From contig CBDCTZ010000014.1 of the NCBI GenBank assembly GCA_965222375.1, forward strand, positions 1,024,001-1,088,000: a stretch of 64,000 nucleotides of DNA. The letters are read 5' to 3'. Both the position numbers and the translations under genes were made by a program. Source of the stretch: Polyangiaceae bacterium. GTDB taxonomy: Bacteria; Myxococcota_A; Polyangia; Polyangiales; Polyangiaceae. This document shows positions 59,632 to 64,000 of this stretch, in pieces (position 1 is the first letter of the stretch; every line of letters starts with the position of its first letter). The notes under the pieces are model-generated. The model was not told where the DNA came from. It was given only the letters and a program-made list of their open reading frames with translations, and did not search any database.

Positions 59632-61026
59632 TTACTCGTCAATCCGCGAGTTGTTGCGGAGTTCATGCCGCTGCAACAAGCGGTACAAATACATGCGGTC
59701 CATCTTGGCTTTGCGCGCTGCTTTGCTGACGTTGCCGCCGGACCATTCGAGCAGATTTTTCAAGTAGCGCTGCTCGAACTCGAAAATGAGTTGTTCCTTT
59801 GCGAGGCGAAAGGGCTGCTCCAGGTCGACTTGCCCGGATGCTGCCGTGGTGCTGGGTTCCGGCGGCAAGAGGGAAGTGCCCGAGCGACGTTGGGAGGCGG
59901 GTGAGGCCTGCTCCAGAACGACGGATCGCTCCACGTAGTTTCGAAGCTCGCGCACGTTGCCCGGCCAATCGTGTTTGCGCATGTCCGCAAGAACGATGGG
60001 CGTGAAAAGATGCCACGACTCCTCGGCGTTCAGGGAGCGCAGCATGACGCGGATCAGAAGCTCCAAATCGTCGAGCCGCCTTTTCAGGGATGGCATTCGG
60101 ACCGTGACGACACTCAGCCGGAAGAATAGGTCCTCGCGGAATCGGCCGCGGTTGACCTCGCGCTCCAGGCTTCGGTTCGTTGCCGCGATGACTCGCACAT
60201 CGATTTTGCGCGCTTGGTTTTCCCCCGTGCGGCGGATCTCACGTGCTTCCAGAGCTCGCAGTAGCTTCGGTTGCATGTCCAGGGGCATCTCCCCGACCTC
60301 GTCCAAGAAGATGGTGCCCGAGTTGGCCGCCTCGAAGGCGCCGACGCGGACCTTATCGGCTCCGGTGAAGGCGCCCTTGGCGTGCCCGAAGAGTTCGCTC
60401 TCGATGAGGTTCGGTGAGATGGCGCTGCAATCCACGATGATGAACGGAGCCTGACTGCGTGAGCCCCGGCGCACGATTTCAGTCGCGGCTAGCTCCTTCC
60501 CGGTTCCGCTCTCGCCCTCGATCAAAATGGTCGAGTCACTTCGGGCGACTCGATCTAGCATCACGAACAACTGCCTCATGGCGATCGCCTCGCCGTAGAG
60601 TTCACCGAAGCTCGACCAGGCGGGAATTTCCTCGACCGCCTGGGAGCCCAGTTCTCGGGCCCGAACGACGCAACCACCCAGGTTGATTCCACACATCGGA
60701 CGGGGCAGATCCGCGTCGCGAACTCGGACGCCGTCAAGGCTGGTTCCATTCAGGGAGCCGGTGTCGGCGATGGTCCAACCCGACTCGCCGCGAACTAGTT
60801 TGCAGTGGAAGCGCGAGACCATCGGATCGTCGAGCACGAGATCGTTGGAGGGGTGCGAGCCAATTCGGATAGCGTTGCCTTCCAAAACCAGCGAGCGCTT
60901 GACACTTCGGCCGGCCTCTTTCTCGATCACGACTTCCAGGCGCGGAATCGCGACCGCCTGCGCCAGCTGGCGCACCGTCTGCGAGCGGGAGCCCGCCATG
61001 GTGGGGCGATCTTCGACCTCCGACAC
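59632..61026 (-). CDS. FHA-domain sigma54-dependent enhancer-binding protein
   Basis: [36 protein letters not shown]. Confidence 0.93.
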   Translation of the reverse strand: MSEVEDRPTMAGSRSQTVRQLAQAVAIPRLEVVIEKEAGRSVKRSLVLEGNAIRIGSHPSNDLVLDDPMVSRFHCKLVRGESGWTIADTGSLNGTSLDGVRVRDADLPRPMCGINLGGCVVRARELGSQAVEEIPAWSSFGELYGEAIAMRQLFVMLDRVARSDSTILIEGESGTGKELAATEIVRRGSRSQAPFIIVDCSAISPNLIESELFGHAKGAFTGADKVRVGAFEAANSGTIFLDEVGEMPLDMQPKLLRALEAREIRRTGENQARKIDVRVIAATNRSLEREVNRGRFREDLFFRLSVVTVRMPSLKRRLDDLELLIRVMLRSLNAEESWHLFTPIVLADMRKHDWPGNVRELRNYVERSVVLEQASPASQRRSGTSLLPPEPSTTAASGQVDLEQPFRLAKEQLIFEFEQRYLKNLLEWSGGNVSKAARKAKMDRMYLYRLLQRHELRNNSRIDE

Positions 61027-61199
61027 GACTTCGGGGAGACTACGTCAATCCGCCCGGCCCGCGGAGCGTGTCCTACAATGTGAGGGCCGCGCGCCTGAGG
61101 GCGCTAGGCATCAGGTTGCGGGGCAGCGGCAGCTAGACGTGCTCCTGCACTGTCATCAAAACCTCATGATTTCAGGTGCTTGAGCACCAAATGCCGTCT

Positions 61200-61215
61200 T
61201 GGCCCGACTCTCGCA
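61200..61215 (+). promoter_or_regulatory. Putative sigma54 promoter (TGGCCCGACTCTCGCA)
   Basis: GG-N10-GC; 15 nt before ATG 61229. Confidence 0.5.
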
Positions 61216-61228
61216 CTAGCGGCGGCCG

Positions 61229-62137
61229 ATGAAGGTGACCCTCTCAGCGTTGATCATGGTGTTGGCTGGCTGGTTCGTTCCAGGACAGCAAGGCGCCCAG
61301 TCCGCCCCCCGCACCCTCCGCGCTGACGTCAGCACCGTGGCCGCCGTCGCTGCCAAGCCCGCCCCGGCCCCTGCCGCTACCCCGGATTCTCCGGCAGTCG
61401 TGCTCAACCGACCCTACAAGAAGGTGCGCCTGCCGGCTGGTTGCAACAACCAACAAAGCTACGACGTCATCCTCCACTTTCACGGCGTTCCGTCGCGTGT
61501 CATGGACGCTTTGGAAAAGACCGACTTGAACGCAGTGCTGGTCGTGACCAACCTGGGCGCTGGCAGCGGTCGCTACGAGAACGTCTTCGCCCAGGACGGA
61601 AGTCTAGCGCGGCTGCTCGAGGGCGTGCAGACGCTGGTGGAGAAGCACTGCGGTGAGCTGACTCGTGGCCGTGTGGCCCTGTCGAGCTGGAGCGCAGGTT
61701 ATGGTGCCGCGTATCGGATCTTGGCTCATCCCGGTGATGCCGCGTTGGTCGACGCCGTGTTGCTGGCGGATGGCTTGCACGCGGGCTACGAGCCGGACGA
61801 TCGCCGCAAGGTCAATGGCGCCCAAATGGAGCCCTTCGCAAAGTTCGCCGCTCGCGCCGCCAAGGGCGACGCCGTCATGGTCATCACGCATTCCTCTATC
61901 GTGACGCCCAAATACGCTTCTACGACCGAAACCGCTGCTCACCTGATCGAGCACGTTGGTGCGGGCGTGTCCAAGCATCCCGCCACGGCCCCGCGCAAGA
62001 TGCAGCAGCTATCGGCTGCGAGCGTCGGAGGCTTTTCGGTGCGCGGTTTTGCTGGCGGTGGCACGGATGCTCACTGCGACCACCTGTTCGCGTTGGACGC
62101 GCTGCTTTTTGCGCCGCTCCAGCAGGCCTGGCAGTAG
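61229..62137 (+). CDS. Secreted alpha/beta-hydrolase-fold protein
   Basis: Signal peptide, ILHFHG, LSSWSAGYG nucleophile elbow, LADGLH. Confidence 0.65.
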   Translation: MKVTLSALIMVLAGWFVPGQQGAQSAPRTLRADVSTVAAVAAKPAPAPAATPDSPAVVLNRPYKKVRLPAGCNNQQSYDVILHFHGVPSRVMDALEKTDLNAVLVVTNLGAGSGRYENVFAQDGSLARLLEGVQTLVEKHCGELTRGRVALSSWSAGYGAAYRILAHPGDAALVDAVLLADGLHAGYEPDDRRKVNGAQMEPFAKFAARAAKGDAVMVITHSSIVTPKYASTTETAAHLIEHVGAGVSKHPATAPRKMQQLSAASVGGFSVRGFAGGGTDAHCDHLFALDALLFAPLQQAWQ

Positions 62138-62214
62138 ACACCGCCCGCTTTCCGTCGGTTTGCGCCCCATTTCAGCGGGCGTGATATCCTCGCGCCGCAC
62201 GCGCGGAGGAGCGA

Positions 62215-62991
62215 ATGACGGACGCAGAGTTTCCCAGTCCCGAGGCCACGGATCCCGAGGACGTGGTCTGGGCGCTGCAAACCGCGGGGACGATGTATGC
62301 CCGGGGTGATGTTCGAGAGGCGGTGCGCTGGCTGAGGCGCGGCGCGGAGGCAGCCGGTGAATCCGGTAACGATCTGCGTGCCTTGGCCCTGGCTCGCCGC
62401 GCTGCCGACCTAGCCGCGACTCATCAAGTTCAGCCATCCGTGCCCCCGCCTCCTCCGGCTTCGGATGCAGACCAGACTTCGCGAATGGCCGCCGCCCCGC
62501 CGGTCTCCAATCCGGACAACCCAGCCCTCGTCCCTGCAGATGATGCTGAGGGCGGTGAGAGCGACCTGACTATTCCCGAGGGGCTCAGCGCGGTTCACCG
62601 CTCCTCGCCCCATGCGGCGCCGTCCCCAAGGCGCTCGTCGCCGAGTGCGGCGCCTCCGCTCCCGAGTCGCTCGTCGCCGAGTGCGGCGCCCCCTCCTCCA
62701 TCCCGACGTTCCGCGCCGGCACCCAGCCAACCGGTGGCCAGTCGCCCGCCACCCGCGCCGAGCCAACCGGCCGCATCTGCCCCGAAGCGCTCGGTTCCGA
62801 GTGCAGCGCCCGCGGGAATGCAGGTTCGGTCTCGCCACGCTTGGCGGGTTGCCGTCGAGCCAGCGCAGGACGGCAGCGGTAGCCTATCGGTTCGACCTCT
62901 AGCAGAGGACGAAGCGGTTCCAGATGGTATGCACGAAGCCATGCTGACCGCTGTCGAGCCGGGCGCGCACTTGCTCTCGAAAAAGCGCTAG
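62215..62991 (+). CDS. Hypothetical protein with central Pro/Ser-rich region
   Basis: RBS GGAGG, helical N-terminal domain, RSSPSAAPP repeats. Confidence 0.65.
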   Translation: MTDAEFPSPEATDPEDVVWALQTAGTMYARGDVREAVRWLRRGAEAAGESGNDLRALALARRAADLAATHQVQPSVPPPPPASDADQTSRMAAAPPVSNPDNPALVPADDAEGGESDLTIPEGLSAVHRSSPHAAPSPRRSSPSAAPPLPSRSSPSAAPPPPSRRSAPAPSQPVASRPPPAPSQPAASAPKRSVPSAAPAGMQVRSRHAWRVAVEPAQDGSGSLSVRPLAEDEAVPDGMHEAMLTAVEPGAHLLSKKR

Positions 62992-63003
62992 GCTTCTGCT
63001 CGC

Positions 63004-63960
63004 ATGAACGACGCGCACTCAGCGCAGGACAGCCGGGACGCGGACGCGGCAGCGACCGAACTGGTTGTCGAGCTGATGCAAGTGACCAAACGTTTCGGTG
63101 AACGCGTCGCGTTGGACCGAGTCAGCTTGAGCGTTCACAAAGGCGAAGTCTTTGGCCTGCTTGGTCCCAACGGTGCCGGCAAGACCACCGCCGTGCGGAT
63201 TCTGCTGTCCATCATTGGTGCCGATGACGGGGAAATTCGTCTATTTCAGCGACCGCTTTCCCGCACTCTGCTCGATCGGGTTGGCTACCTGCCCGAGGAA
63301 CGTGGCTTGTACGTCCAACACAGCGTGTTGGATGCCATGACCTATCTAGGGGCGCTCAAAGGGCTGCGCGACGCAGAGTTGAAGGCGCGCGCTCGAGTCT
63401 GGTTGGAGCGAGTCGGCTTGCAAGGCGTAGAGCAGCTGCCTGTGAGCAAGTTGTCGAAAGGCATGAGCCAGAAAGTGCAGTTGGCCGCGACGTTGCAGAG
63501 CGAGCCTGAACTCTGCATTCTGGATGAGCCCTTCACCGGTTTGGATCCCGTCAGTGCCGTGGCGGTTCGGGAAATGATCGATTCTCTACGCCGCTCCGGT
63601 CAAACCGTCATCCTGTCCACCCACCAGATGGCCATGGTCGAGACGCTCTGCGACCGAGTGGCCTTCTTGTTCGAGGGCAGGCTCTTGGAGTACGGCAGCG
63701 TTGCGGATGTGCGTAGGCGCCACTCTCGAGTGGAGGTCCGTGTGGGCGCGCCAAGTCTCCCGGTATCGATCCCCGAGACTAGAGTCGAGCGTGACGGCGA
63801 AGACCTGTTTCGGATCGCATTGGAGCCGGGTGAGAGCCCTGCTCAGTTGCTGCAGCAGTTGGTGACAGCTGGGACTGAGGTGACTCGCTTCGAACCGGTT
63901 CTCGCGTCCATGGAAGAGATCTTCATTCGTGTAGCGGGCGATAGCGAGGCGCGAGCGTGA
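63004..63960 (+). CDS. ABC-2 type transporter ATP-binding protein (NatA-like)
   Basis: GPNGAGKTT, YLPEERGLY, LSKGM, ILDEPF. Confidence 0.92.
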   Translation: MNDAHSAQDSRDADAAATELVVELMQVTKRFGERVALDRVSLSVHKGEVFGLLGPNGAGKTTAVRILLSIIGADDGEIRLFQRPLSRTLLDRVGYLPEERGLYVQHSVLDAMTYLGALKGLRDAELKARARVWLERVGLQGVEQLPVSKLSKGMSQKVQLAATLQSEPELCILDEPFTGLDPVSAVAVREMIDSLRRSGQTVILSTHQMAMVETLCDRVAFLFEGRLLEYGSVADVRRRHSRVEVRVGAPSLPVSIPETRVERDGEDLFRIALEPGESPAQLLQQLVTAGTEVTRFEPVLASMEEIFIRVAGDSEARA

Positions 63961-64000
63961 GGCGACGAAAGGTATTCGTCATCGCGCGCTTCGAGCTGCG
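63957..64000 (+). CDS. ABC permease, 5' start only
   Basis: GTGA overlap, MRRRKVFVIARFEL typical of ABC-2 permease N-termini. Confidence 0.65.
   Translation, partial: MRRRKVFVIARFEL

Overview
High-GC DNA with a typical myxobacterial (Polyangiales-like; inference) gene repertoire: five Hanks-type Ser/Thr kinases plus a pseudokinase, three FHA-sigma54 enhancer-binding proteins (bEBPs), two-component systems, prfC, three AIM24/TIGR00266 genes, transporters and many Gly-rich-linker lipoproteins. The accessory core (~10.6-32 kb) is a cluster of surface lipoproteins: four polysaccharide-lyase-like proteins, two YWTD-like beta-propellers, a LamG protein and a TPR/PEGA-like protein. These are interleaved with sharply bounded fragments of further paralogs arranged as two partly syntenic, reciprocally eroded blocks. 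A complete 3,212-bp IS21-family element (17239-20450, 5-bp TSD ACGCC) carries two overlapping accessory ORFs. It has inserted after about six codons of one lyase-like gene, cutting off its ATG and sigma54 promoter. Six secreted-protein genes have a sigma54 -24/-12 element exactly 14-16 nt before the ATG, suggesting near-leaderless sigma54 transcripts. A 21-bp semi-palindromic motif occurs three times near such promoters. No rRNA, tRNA or CRISPR array was recognised. Family calls come from motif recognition by eye, not database searches.
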